Shown in pieces: positions 1-12,400 of a stretch of 64,000 nt of DNA; the first letter of the stretch is position 1, and every line of letters starts with the position of its first letter. Source of the stretch: Auanema rhodensis (taxonomy: Eukaryota > Animalia > Nematoda); the NCBI GenBank assembly GCA_964057225.1, contig OZ059897.1:7688001-7752000 (forward strand), read 5' to 3'. Made by a program: the position numbers and the translations under genes. Under the pieces are notes generated by a model, which saw only the letters and a program-made list of their open reading frames with translations, did no database searches and was not told where the DNA came from.

Positions 1-42
1 ATTAGCTGTGCCTCTCATCCCCCTAAAATGTATCTTGTTTAG

Positions 43-408
43 TGATGCTGACGGTAACGAGCTACCGATAAACGTGTTCAGCTGCGAAAACTGTGAGACG
101 TTGTTCAACGTGACCATTACAGTGAGTATATTTTTTGTCAAATGAAGCAAATAAATCCATTTTTTTCTTTTTAGCTTATCAAGAACCCGATTGACAAGCT
201 GAACAAATCAGCTGCTGACATACTGTGCGTTGGTGCACCTGAAAGCTGTCGTTCTGAATTCCTAGACATCGTGGAAATCGTGGGCGCTGTTGGCAATTTT
301 CATTTTTGTTGGAATTTCAGTCGATATCATCTTTTCCCTATACATGTTGTTTTGATAATCAATATGGAATTGTTTATAGTTTTGACTGTTACTTGTGATT
401 CTTTATAG
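43..408 (+). CDS. Possible 3' exons of an unknown gene (exon 43-121, 53-nt intron 122-174, exon 175-408)
   Basis: TTTAG|exon|GTGAGT...TTTTAG boundaries; the spliced frame is open (DADGNELPINVFSCENCETLFNVTIT/LIKNPIDKLNKSAADILCVG...CDSL*). No recognisable family; the second exon overlaps a local repeat. Confidence 0.3.
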
Positions 409-1774
409 ATATTTCCTTCTCTCCGATCATCTTCAGTATTAAATTGTATTGTTTTGAAACTTTTCTGTTTGTTATGCTGGAAAAATATGAAAAACTAAAT
501 AAAACATTAAATGTTACTTGTTAAAATTTTTTTTGAATACCATATTCAATATGTGTGTGAAATGGTACTTTTTTCATTTCATGGTTCATATTTAATCTAT
601 ATATACATGTATATATGTATATTGATAATCTAATCGTAAGCTTCTATAACTGAAAACTGAAGAATTGAGAAATTCGGTGATGGTTGATGTAGTTTTGTAA
701 AAAAGTATCGGTTCCATCACAAACATTGAGGGAGATCGTTAAGAGTTATTGTAAAGTTATAGAACCTTAGCCAAAATAAACTTGAAAAGTTATTTGTAAT
801 CATCGCAAGAACATAACCACAACACAGATAAAAGAAAAACAATTAGGATCAAACTCTGAAAAGAAAAAAACAAATATTACAATAATTACGGAATATCATA
901 TGTATTTGATTTATGCTTAATAAATGAATATTTATGTTTTTAAAATTAAAAAGACTAAAAGGAACTATACTATCGTGAGAAGACGTGTCTAAGTATTCTT
1001 TGTTCAACTTCTTTGGCCGTTGGCATAGAATAAATGTTCTTATCGAATTAACCTTCGATATGTGTTCTGTGTGAGGCCAGGCAAATCGTTTAAGCAGAAA
1101 TATTAATCATAACGGGCCTCTCAAGACCCTATTCTTCTAATTTTGGATTCTCGCTATCTATTCAGTGAGGAAAATAAAAAGAATCTGATTCAGATAAGAG
1201 TTCATTCCAACATGAATTTCGACATTCTATTAAGAACCCCGATGGGTCCAATCCGCGGGTCCAAGTAGACTAAAAGAAAAATAGTGTACGTAACACAAGG
1301 CATATTAATAGTTTATCAGTGCAAAAGCATTGAAATTCCAACAAAAATGAAAATTTTCGAAACAATACAATTCAATACTGAAGATGATTAAAGAGAAGGA
1401 AATATCTGTAGAGAATCAGATGAAGACAGAAATCAAAGGATCCGAAGACTCATTTTGATGGACAGGCACTTTGGGTTAATATGCATAGTGATTAATAGCT
1501 AGAAGCTTTATCAGTATAAACAGAATATACTTTGAACTACTGTGCGTTGGTGCACCTAAAAGCTGTTGTTCTGAATTCCTAGACATCGTGGATATCGTGG
1601 GCGCTGTTGGCAATTTTCATTTTTGTTGAATTTCAATCGATATCATCTTTTTCCTATACATGTTGTTTTGATAATCAATATGGAATCGTTTATAGTTTTG
1701 ACTGTTACTTGTGATTCTCTATAGATATTTCCTTCTCTCTGATCATCTTCAGTATCAAATTGTATTGTTTTGAA
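221..1774. repeat. ~235-bp direct repeat (221-458 and 1538-1774) with a rearranged inverted partial copy at 1331-1419
   Basis: tactgtgcgttggtgcacc...gtattgttttgaaa occurs twice with few differences; 1331-1419 is the reverse complement of two sub-blocks in swapped order. Confidence 0.85.
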
Positions 1775-1794
1775 AAAAAATTAGGTTGAAACTG

Positions 1795-2573
1795 AACTAT
1801 AATAGGCTTACGGTAGATGGGCGGAGTCAGATTGCTGTCCAGGATTTGAAAAACTCCTTCTCATTTACCATTCCGCATCGCTCAGCGAAGCACGCCTGTT
1901 CTTTTGCTCCTGAATCTCTCTCTCTCCCTCACACACATCTAAAAGAATCTTACACACCTTTCGTAAACATCCCACACGTAGCTCAGCATTCTCAGTTTTT
2001 CCAAACCAAGAGTCCTACAAAGGTCGCCAAAAGATTCTCATCGGGTTTCCCAGCCCTTTACCCGTCCAATATCAACAGTGACGCTACTGTCGCAAGTCGT
2101 ACCCGAAGCCGTACTCGACTTCTCAGTGTTCAACTAGAAGAACCGCACCAACCAGACGAGAAGCCGAAGCTGCAATTCGACTTCACCTTCTGACGACACC
2201 GACGAAGACCCGGACTTCATCATAGCCGACGAAAACACTCAAACTCCAACTACAAATCCCAAGGTACGCTCAGTTGATACTAATAAAAATTTGCGAAAAA
2301 TTAAAAAAAAAAGCCGACAACCGCATCTGCCTCACCGGTAACCCAAGACCCAAACGCGTCGAACTTATCAGTTATCACTGATAACGCACCTTCCCAATCC
2401 CTCGGGTTAACAAAAAGCCCGCAAGCGTCTTCTACGCCTATTAATCAACCACATTCGCTAACCTTAGAACCCCCAAAAATCACTGATAAAATCAAAAAGA
2501 ATATCCCTAATAAGAAACTTTGTCAGCAGAAGCCAGCCTCGAAGGCATACAAGAAGCTTCACCCTTATCAGTA
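1795..2573 (+). pseudogene. Degenerate fragment of an ORF related to the internal region of LTR element 1
   Basis: 1795-2232 is homologous to the reverse complement of ~22638-23101 (shared peptide ...NIPHVA.HS.FFQTKSPTKVAKRFSS...SDATVASRT...HQPDEKPK); frameshifts and an internal deletion; runs directly into a half tRNA. Confidence 0.75.
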
Positions 2574-2714
2574 AGATTAAAAGTCTAACGCTCTACCAGC
2601 TGAGCTAACGAGGCTACATATTCTTGTTATTTCATAAAAACAATAAAGTACGTCCTCAAAGAATAGTTAATTTACTATAAAAGTCTAACGCTCTACCAGC
2701 TGAGCTAACGAGGC
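2574..2714 (-). pseudogene. Two 5'-half tRNA-Lys fragments (2574-2614 and ~2677-2714) in a 100-bp duplication at the array edge
   Basis: Only the 5' acceptor strand, D-arm and part of the anticodon arm are present; no T-arm. Confidence 0.9.
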
Positions 2715-3414
2715 TACATATTCTTGTTATTTCATAAAAATAATAAAGTACGTCCTCAAAGAATAGTTAATTTACTTCTAAATTTGATACAAGAAGATGT
2801 ATATTTGAAGAAAAAATCAAGATTCTGGAATAAATAAAAGTTCAAACAAGCTAAGAAAATTAAATTCTACATGTTCGGGACAGATGGAATGTAAAAAATT
2901 AGCCCCGTAGGAGGCTCGAATCCCTGACCGTTAGATTAAAAGTCTAACGCTCTACCAGCTGAGCTAACGAGGCTACATATTCTTGTTATTTCATAAAAAT
3001 AATAAAGTACGTCCTCAAAGAATAGTTAATTTACTATTAAATTTAATTCAAGAATGCTGTCAAGTTTAAACGAAAATTCAAGATTCTGGAATAAATAAAA
3101 GTTCAAACTAGGTAAGAAAATTAAGTTTTACATGTTCGGGATAGTTAGAATGTGAAAAATTAGCCCCGTAGGGAGCTCGAACCCCTGACCGTTAGATTAA
3201 AAGTCTAACGCTCTACCAGCTGAGCTAACGAGGCTACATATTCTTGTTATTTCATAAAAATAATAAAGTACGTCCTCAAAGAATAGTTAATTTACTATTA
3301 AATTTAATTCAAGAATGCTGTCAATTTTAAACGAAAATTCAAGATTCTGGAATAAATAAAAGTTCAAACTAGGTAAGAAAATTAAGTTTTACATGTTCGG
3401 GATAGTTAGAATGT

Positions 3415-3420
3415 AAAAAA
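3415..3420 (-). terminator. Pol III terminator (T6) 2 nt downstream of the tRNA; T5-T6 in nearly every unit
   Basis: ...GGGGCT AA TTTTTT on the minus strand. Confidence 0.9.
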
Positions 3421-3422
3421 TT

Positions 3423-3495
3423 AGCCCCGTAGGGGGCTCGAACCCCTGACCGTTAGATTAAAAGTCTAACGCTCTACCAGCTGAGCTAACGAGGC
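3423..3495 (-). tRNA. tRNA-Lys(UUU), representative consensus copy of the array
   Basis: Minus strand reads GCCTCGT TA GCTC AGCTGGTA GAGC G TTAGA CT-TTT-AA TCTAA CGGTC AGGGG TTCGAGC CCCCT ACGGGGC T: full cloverleaf, TTT anticodon, A and B boxes, U73 as recalled for nematode Lys-UUU. Confidence 0.97.
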
Positions 3496-6400
3496 TACAT
3501 ATTCTTGTTATTTCATAAAAATAATAAAGTACGTCCTCAAAGAATAGTTAATTTACTTCTAAATTTGATACAAGAAGATGTATATTTGAAGAAAAAATCA
3601 AGATTCTGGAATAAATAAAAGTTCAAACAAGCTAAGAAAATTAAATTCTACATGTTCGGGACAGATGGAATGTAAAAAATTAGCCCCGTAGGAGGCTCGA
3701 ATCCCTGACCGTTAGATTAAAAGTCTAACGCTCTACCAGCTGAGCTAACGAGGCTACATATTCTTGTTATTTCATAAAAATAATAAAGTACGTCCTCAAA
3801 GAATAGTTAATTTACTATTAAATTTAATTCAAGAATGCTGTCAATTTTAAACGAAAATTCAAGATTCTGGAATAAATAAAAGTTCAAACTAGGTAAGAAA
3901 ATTAAGTTTTACATGTTCGGGATAGTTAGAATGTAAAAAATTAGCCCCGTAGGGGGCTCCAACCCCTGACTGTTAGATTAAAAGTCTAACGCTCTACCAG
4001 CTGAGCTAACGAGGCTACATATTCTTGTTATTTCATAAAAATAATAAAGTACGTCCTCAAAGAATAGTTAATTTACTATTAAATTTAATTCAAGAATGCT
4101 GTCAAGTTTAAACGAAAATTCAAGATTCTGGAATAAATAAAAGTTCAAACTAGGTAAGAAAATTAAGTTTTACATGTTCGGGATAGTTAGAATGTGAAAA
4201 ATTAGCCCCGTAGGGGGCTCGAACCCCTGACCGTTAGATTAAAAGTCTAACGCTCTACCAGCTGAGCTAACGAGGCTACATATTCTTGTTATTTCATAAA
4301 AATAATAAAGTACGTCCTCAAAGAATAGTTAATTTACTATTAAATTTAATTCAAGAATGCAGTCAATTTTAAACGAAAATTCAAGATTCTGGAATAAATA
4401 AAAGTTCAAACTAGGTAAGAAAATTAAGTTTTACATGTTCGGGATAGTTAGAATGTAAAAAATTAGCCCCGTAGGGGGCTCGAACCCCTGACCGTTAGAT
4501 TAAAAGTCTAACGCTCTACCAGCTGAGCTAACGAGGCTACATATTCTTGTTATTTCATAAAAATAATAAAGTACGTCCTCAAAGAATAGTTAATTTACTA
4601 TTAAATTTAATTCAAGAATGCTGTCAATTTTAAACGAAAATTCAAGATTCTGGAATAAATAAAAGTTCAAACTAGGTAAGAAAATTAAGTTTTACATGTT
4701 CGGGATAGTTAGAATGTAAAAAATTAGCCCCGTAGGGGGCTCCAACCCCTGACTGTTAGATTAAAAGTCTAACGCTCTACCAGCTGAGCTAACGAGGCTA
4801 CATATTCTTGTTATTTCATAAAAATAATAAAGTACGTCCTCAAAGAATAGTTAATTTACTTTTAAATTTAATTCAAGAATGCTGTCAAGTTTAAACGAAA
4901 ATTCAAGATTCTGGAATAAATAAAAGTTCAAACTAGGTAAGAAAATTAAGCTTTACATGTTCGGGATAGTTAGAATGTAAAAATTAGCCCCGTAGGGGGC
5001 TCGAACCCCTGACCGTTAGATTAAAAGTCTAACGCTCTACCAGCTGAGCTAACGAGGCTACATATTCTTGTTATTTCATAAAAATAATAAAGTACGTCCT
5101 CAAAGAATAGTTAATTTACTATTAAATTTAATTCAAGAATGCTGTCAATTTTAAACGAAAATTCAAGATTCTGGAATAAATAAAAGTTCAAACTAGGTAA
5201 GAAAATTAAGTTTTACATGTTCGGGATAGTTAGAATGTAAAAAATTAGCCCCGTAGGGGGCTCGAACCCCTGACCGTTAGATTAAAAGTCTAACGCTCTA
5301 CCAGCTGAGCTAACGAGGCTACATATTCTTGTTATTTCATAAAAATAATAAAGTACGTCCTCAAAGAATAGTTAATTTACTATTAAATTTAATTCAAGAA
5401 TGCTGTCAATTTTAAACGAAAATTCAAGATTCTGGAATAAATAAAAGTTCAAACTAGGTAAGAAAATTAAGTTTTACATGTTCGGCATAGTTAGAATGTA
5501 AAAAATTAGCCCCGTAGGGGGCTCCAACCCCTGACTGTTAGATTAAAAGTCTAACGCTCTACCAGCTGAGCTAACGAGGCTACATATTCTTGTTATTTCA
5601 TAAAAATAATAAAGTACGTCCTCAAAGAATAGTTAATTTACTTTTAAATTTAATTCAAGAATGCTGTCAAGTTTAAACGAAAATTCAAGATTCTGGAATA
5701 AATAAAAGTTCAAACTAGGTAAGAAAATTAAGCTTTACATGTTCGGGATAGTTAGAATGTAAAAATTAGCCCCGTAGGGGGCTCGAACCCCTGACCGTTA
5801 GATTAAAAGTCTAACGCTCTACCAGCTGAGCTAACGAGGCTACATATTCTTGTTATTTCATAAAAATAATAAAGTACGTCCTCAAAGAATAGTTAATTTA
5901 CTATTAAATTTAATTCAAGAATGCTGTCAATTTTAAACGAAAATTCAAGATTCTGGAATAAATAAAAGTTCAAACTAGGTAAGAAAATTAAGTTTTACAT
6001 GTTCGGGATAGTTAGAATGTAAAAAATTAGCCCCGTAGGGGGCTCGAACCCCTGACCGTTAGATTAAAAGTCTAACGCTCTACCAGCTGAGCTAACGAGG
6101 CTACATATTCTTGTTATTTCATAAAAATAATAAAGTACGTCCTCAAAGAATAGTTAATTTACTATTAAATTTAATTCAAGAATGCTGTCAATTTTAAACG
6201 AAAATTCAAGATTCTGGAATAAATAAAAGTTCAAACTAGGTAAGAAAATTAAGTTTTACATGTTCGGGATAGTTAGAATGTAAAAAATTAGCCCCGTAGG
6301 GGGCTCGAACCCCTGACCGTTAGATTAAAAGTCTAACGCTCTACCAGCTGAGCTAACGAGGCTACATATTCTTGTTAGTTCATAAAAATAATAAAGTACG

Positions 6401-9400
6401 TCCTCAAAGAATAGTTAATTTACTATTAAATTTAATTCAAAAATGCTGTCAAGTTTAAACGAAAATTCAAGATTCTGGAATAAATAAAAGTTCAAACTAG
6501 GTAAGAAAATTAAGTTTTACATGTTCGGGATAGTTAGAATGTAAAAAATTAGCCCCGTAGGGGGCTCGAACCCCTGACCGTTAGATTAAAAGTCTAACGC
6601 TCTACCAGCTGAGCTAACGAGGCTACATATTCTTGTTATTTCATAAAAATAATAAAGTACGTCCTCAAAGAATAGTTAATTTACTATTAAATTTAATTCA
6701 AGAATGCTGTCAATTTTAAACGAAAATTCAAGATTCTGGAATAAATAAAAGTTCAAACTAGGTAAGAAAATTAAGTTTTACATGTTCGGGATAGTTAGAA
6801 TGTAAAAAATTAGCCCCGTAGGGGGCTCCAACCCCTGACTGTTAGATTAAAAGTCTAACGCTCTACCAGCTGAGCTAACGAGGCTACATATTCTTGTTAT
6901 TTCATAAAAATAATAAAGTACGTCCTCAAAGAATAGTTAATTTACTTTTAAATTTAATTCAAGAATGCTGTCAAGTTTAAACGAAAATTCAAGATTCTGG
7001 AATAAATAAAAGTTCAAACTAGGTAAGAAAATTAAGCTTTACATGTTCGGGATAGTTAGAATGTAAAAATTAGCCCCGTAGGGGGCTCGAACCCCTGACC
7101 GTTAGATTAAAAGTCTAACGCTCTACCAGCTGAGCTAACGAGGCTACATATTCTTGTTATTTCATAAAAATAATAAAGTACGTCCTCAAAGAATAGTTAA
7201 TTTACTATTAAATTTAATTCAAGAATGCTGTCAATTTTAAACGAAAATTCAAGATTCTGGAATAAATAAAAGTTCAAACTAGGTAAGAAAATTAAGTTTT
7301 ACATGTTCGGGATAGTTAGAATGTAAAAAATTAGCCCCGTAGGAGGCTCGAATCCCTGACCGTTAGATTAAAAGTCTAACGCTCTACCAGCTGAGCTAAC
7401 GAGGCTACATATTCTTGTTATTTCATAAAAATAATAAAGTACGTCCTCAAAGAATAGTTAATTTACTATTAAATTTAATTCAAGAATGCTGTCAATTTTA
7501 AACGAAAATTCAAGATTCTGGAATAAATAAAAGTTCAAACTAGGTAAGAAAATTAAGTTTTACATGTTCGGGATAGTTAGAATGTAAAAAATTAGCCCCG
7601 TAGGGGGCTCGAACCCCTGACCGTTAGATTAAAAGTCTAACGCTCTACCAGCTGAGCTAACGAGGCTACATATTCTTGTTATTTCATAAAAATAATAAAG
7701 TACGTCCTCAAAGAATAGTTAATTTACTATTAAATTTAATTCAAAAATGCTGTCAAGTTTAAACGAAAATTCAAGATTCTGGAATAAATAAAAGTTCAAA
7801 CTAGGTAAGAAAATTAAGTTTTACATGTTCGGGATAGTTAGAATGTAAAAAATTAGCCCCGTAGGGGGCTCGAACCCCTGACCGTTAGATTAAAAGTCTA
7901 ACGCTCTACCAGCTGAGCTAACGAGGCTACATATTCTTGTTATTTCATAAAAATAATAAAGTACGTCCTCAAAGAATAGTTAATTTACTATTAAATTTAA
8001 TTCAAGAATGCTGTCAATTTTAAACGAAAATTCAAGATTCTGGAATAAATAAAAGTTCAAACTAGGTAAGAAAATTAAGTTTTACATGTTCGGGATAGTT
8101 AGAATGTAAAAAATTAGCCCCGTAGGGGGCTCGAACCCCTGACCGTTAGATTAAAAGTCTAACGCTCTACCAGCTGAGCTAACGAGGCTACATATTCTTG
8201 TTATTTCATAAAAATAATAAAGTACGTCCTCAAAGAATAGTTAATTTACTATTAAATTTAATTCAAAAATGCTGTCAAGTTTAAACGAAAATTCAAGATT
8301 CTGGAATAAATAAAAGTTCAAACTAGGTAAGAAAATTAAGTTTTACATGTTCGGGATAGTTAGAATGTAAAAAATTAGCCCCGTAGGGGGCTCGAACCCC
8401 TGACCGTTAGATTAAAAGTCTAACGCTCTACCAGCTGAGCTAACGAGGCTACACATGCTCATAACTTCATAAAAATAATGAAGTACTTTCTCATAGAATA
8501 GTATATTTACTTCTAAATTTGATTCAAAAAGATGTATATTTGAAGAAAAATTCAAGATTCTGGAATAAATAAAAGTTCAAACTAGGTAAGAAAATTAAGT
8601 TTTACATGTTCGGGATAGTTAGAATGTGAAAAATTAGCCCCGTAGGGGGCTCGAACCCCTGACCGTTAGATTAAAAGTCTAACGCTCTACCAGCTGAGCT
8701 AACGAGGCTACATATTATTGTTATTTCATAAAAATAATAAAGTACGTCCTCAACGAATAGTTAATTTACTATTAAATTTAATTCAAGAATGCTGTCAATT
8801 TTAAACGAAAATTCAAGATTCTGGAATAAATAAAAGTTCAAACTAGGTAAGAAAATTAAGTTTTACATGTTCGGGATAGTTAGAATGTAAAAAATTAGCC
8901 CCGTAGGGGGCTCGAACCCCTGACCGTTAGATTAAAAGTCTAACGCTCTACCAGCTGAGCTAACGAGGCTACATATTCTTGTTATTTCATAAAAATAATA
9001 AAGTACGTCCTCAAAGAATAGTTAATTTACTATTAAATTTAATTCAAAAATGCTGTCAAGTTTAAACGAAAATTCAAGATTCTGGAATAAATAAAAGTTC
9101 AAACTAGGTAAGAAAATTAAGTTTTACATGTTCGGGATAGTTCGAATGTAAAAAATTAGCCCCGTAGGGGGCTCGAACCCCTGACCGTTAGATTAAAAGT
9201 CTAACGCTCTACCAACTGAGCTAACGAGGCTACATATTCTTGTTATTTCATAAAAATAATAAAGTACGTCCTCAAAGAATAGTTAATTTACTATTAAATT
9301 TAATTCAAGAATGCTGTCAATTTTTAACGAAAATTCAAGATTCTGGAATAAATAAAAGTTCAAACTAGGTAAGAAAATTAAGTTTTACATGTTCGGGATA

Positions 9401-12400
9401 GTTAGAATGTAAAAAATTAGCCCCGTAGGGGGCTCGAACCCCTGATCGTTAGATTAAAAGTCTAACGCTCTACCAGCTGAGCTAACGAGGCTACATATTC
9501 TTGTTATTTCATAAAAATAATAAAGTACGTCCTCAAAGAATAGTTAATTTACTATTAAATTTAATTCAAGAATGCTGTCAATTTTTAACGAAAATTCAAG
9601 ATTCTGGAATAAATAAAAGTTCAAACTAGGTAAGAAAATTAAGTTTTACATGTTCGGGATAGTTAGAATGTAAAAAATTAGCCCCGTAGGGGGCTCGAAC
9701 CCCTGACCGTTAGATTAAAAGTCTAACGCTCTACCAGCTGAGCTAACGAGGCTACATATTCTTGTTATTTCATAAAAATAATAAAGTACGTCCTCAAAGA
9801 ATAGTTAATTTACTATTAAATTTAATTCAAGAATGCTGTCAATTTTTAACGAAAATTCAAGATTCTGGAATAAATAAAAGTTCAAACTAGGTAAGAAAAT
9901 TAAGTTTTACATGTTCGGGATAGTTAGAATGTAAAAAATTAGCCCCGTAGGGGGCTCGAACCCCTGACCGTTAGATTAAAAGTCTAACGCTCTACCAGCT
10001 GAGCTAACGAGGCTACATATTCTTGTTATTTCATAAAAATAATAAAGTACGTCCTCAAAGAATAGTTAATTTACTATTAAATTTAATTCAAAAATGCTGT
10101 CAAGTTTAAACGAAAATTCAAGATTCTGGAATAAATAAAAGTTCAAACTAGGTAAGAAAATTAAGTTTTACATGTTCGGGATAGTTAGAATGTAAAAAAT
10201 TAGCCCCGTAGGGGGCTCGAACCCCTGACCGTTAGATTAAAAGTCTAACGCTCTACCAGCTGAGCTAACGAGGCTACATATTCTTGTTATTTCATAAAAA
10301 TAATAAAGTACGTCCTCAAAGAATAGTTAATTTACTATTAAATTTAATTCAAGAATGCTGTCAATTTTAAACGAAAATTCAAGATTCTGGAATAAATAAA
10401 AGTTCAAACTAGGTAAGAAAATTAAGTTTTACATGTTCGGGATAGTTAGAATGTAAAAAATTAGCCCCGTAGGGGGCTCGAACCCCTGACCGTTAGATTA
10501 AAAGTCTAACGCTCTACCAGCTGAGCTAACGAGGCTACATATTCTTGTTATTTCATAAAAATAATAAAGTACGTCCTCAAAGAATAGTTAATTTACTATT
10601 AAATTTAATTCAAGAATGCTGTCAATTTTAAACGAAAATTCAAGATTCTGGAATAAATAAAAGTTCAAACTAGGTAAGAAAATTAAGTTTTACATGTTCG
10701 GGATAGTTAGAATGTAAAAAATTAGCCCCGTAGGGGGCTCGAACCCCTGACCGTTAGATTAAAAGTCTAACGCTCTACCAGCTGAGCTAACGAGGCTACA
10801 TATTCTTGTTATTTCATAAAAATAATAAAGTACGTCCTCAAAGAATAGTTAATTTACTATTAAATTTAATTCAAAAATGCTGTCAAGTTTAAACGAAAAT
10901 TCAAGATTCTGGAATAAATAAAAGTTCAAACTAGGTAAGAAAATTAAGTTTTACATGTTCGGGATAGTTAGAATGTAAAAAATTAGCGCCGTAGGGGGCT
11001 CGAACCCCTGACCGTTAGATTAAAAGTCTAACGCTCTACCAGCTGAGCTAACGAGGCTACATATTCTTGTTATTTCATAAAAATAATAAAGTACGTCCTC
11101 AAAGAATAGTTAATTTACTATTAAATTTAATTCAAGAATGCTGTCAATTTTAAACGAAAATTCAAGATTCTGGAATAAATAAAAGTTCAAACTAGGTAAG
11201 AAAATTAAGTTTTACATGTTCGGGATAGTTAGAATGTAAAAAATTAGCCCCGTAGGGGGCTCGAACCCCTGACCGTTAGATTAAAAGTCTAACGCTCTAC
11301 CAGCTGAGCTAACGAGGCTACATATTCTTGTTATTTCATAAAAATAATAAAGTACGTCCTCAAAGAATAGTTAATTTACTATTAAATTTAATTCAAGAAT
11401 GCTGTCAATTTTTAACGAAAATTCAAGATTCTGGAATAAATAAAAGTTCAAACTAGGTAAGAAAATTAAGTTTTACATGTTCGGGATAGTTAGAATGTAA
11501 AAAATTAGCCCCGTAGGGGGCTCGAACCCCTGACCGTTAGATTAAAAGTCTAACGCTCTACCAGCTGAGCTAACGAGGCTACATATTCTTGTTATTTCAT
11601 AAAAATAATAAAGTACGTCCTCAAAGAATAGTTAATTTACTATTAAATTTAATTCAAAAATGCTGTCAATTTTAAACGAAAATTCAAGATTCTGGAATAA
11701 ATAAAAGTTCAAACTAGGTAAGAAAATTAAGTTTTACATGTTCGGGATAGTTAGAATGTAAAAAATTAGCCCCGTAGGGGGCTCGAACCCCTGACCGTTA
11801 GATTAAAAGTCTAACGCTCTACCAGCTGAGCTAACGAGGCTACATATTCTTGTTATTTCATAAAAATAATAAAGTACGTCCTCAAAGAATAGTTAATTTA
11901 CTATTAAATTTAATTCAAGAATGCTGTCAATTTTAAACGAAAATTCAAGATTCTGGAATAAATAAAAGTTCAAACTAGGTAAGAAAATTAAGTTTTACAT
12001 GTTCGGGATAGTTAGAATGTAAAAAATTAGCCCCGTAGGGGGCTCGAACCCCTGACCGTTAGATTAAAAGTCTAACGCTCTACCAGCTGAGCTAACGAGG
12101 CTACATATTCTTGTTATTTCATAAAAATAATAAAGTACGTCCTCAAAGAATAGTTAATTTACTATTAAATTTAATTCAAGAATGCTGTCAATTTTAAACG
12201 AAAATTCAAGATTCTGGAATAAATAAAAGTTCAAACTAGGTAAGAAAATTAAGTTTTACATGTTCGGGATAGTTAGAATGTAAAAAATTAGCCCCGTAGG
12301 GGGCTCGAACCCCTGACCGTTAGATTAAAAGTCTAACGCTCTACCAGCTGAGCTAACGAGGCTACATATTCTTGTTATTTCATAAAAATAATAAAGTACG

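Noticed and set aside
3423-3423. U73 discriminator as a sign of a recoded or mischarged tRNA
   Set aside because: Nematode tRNA-Lys(UUU) as recalled also ends in U73, and the anticodon and arm lengths are standard.
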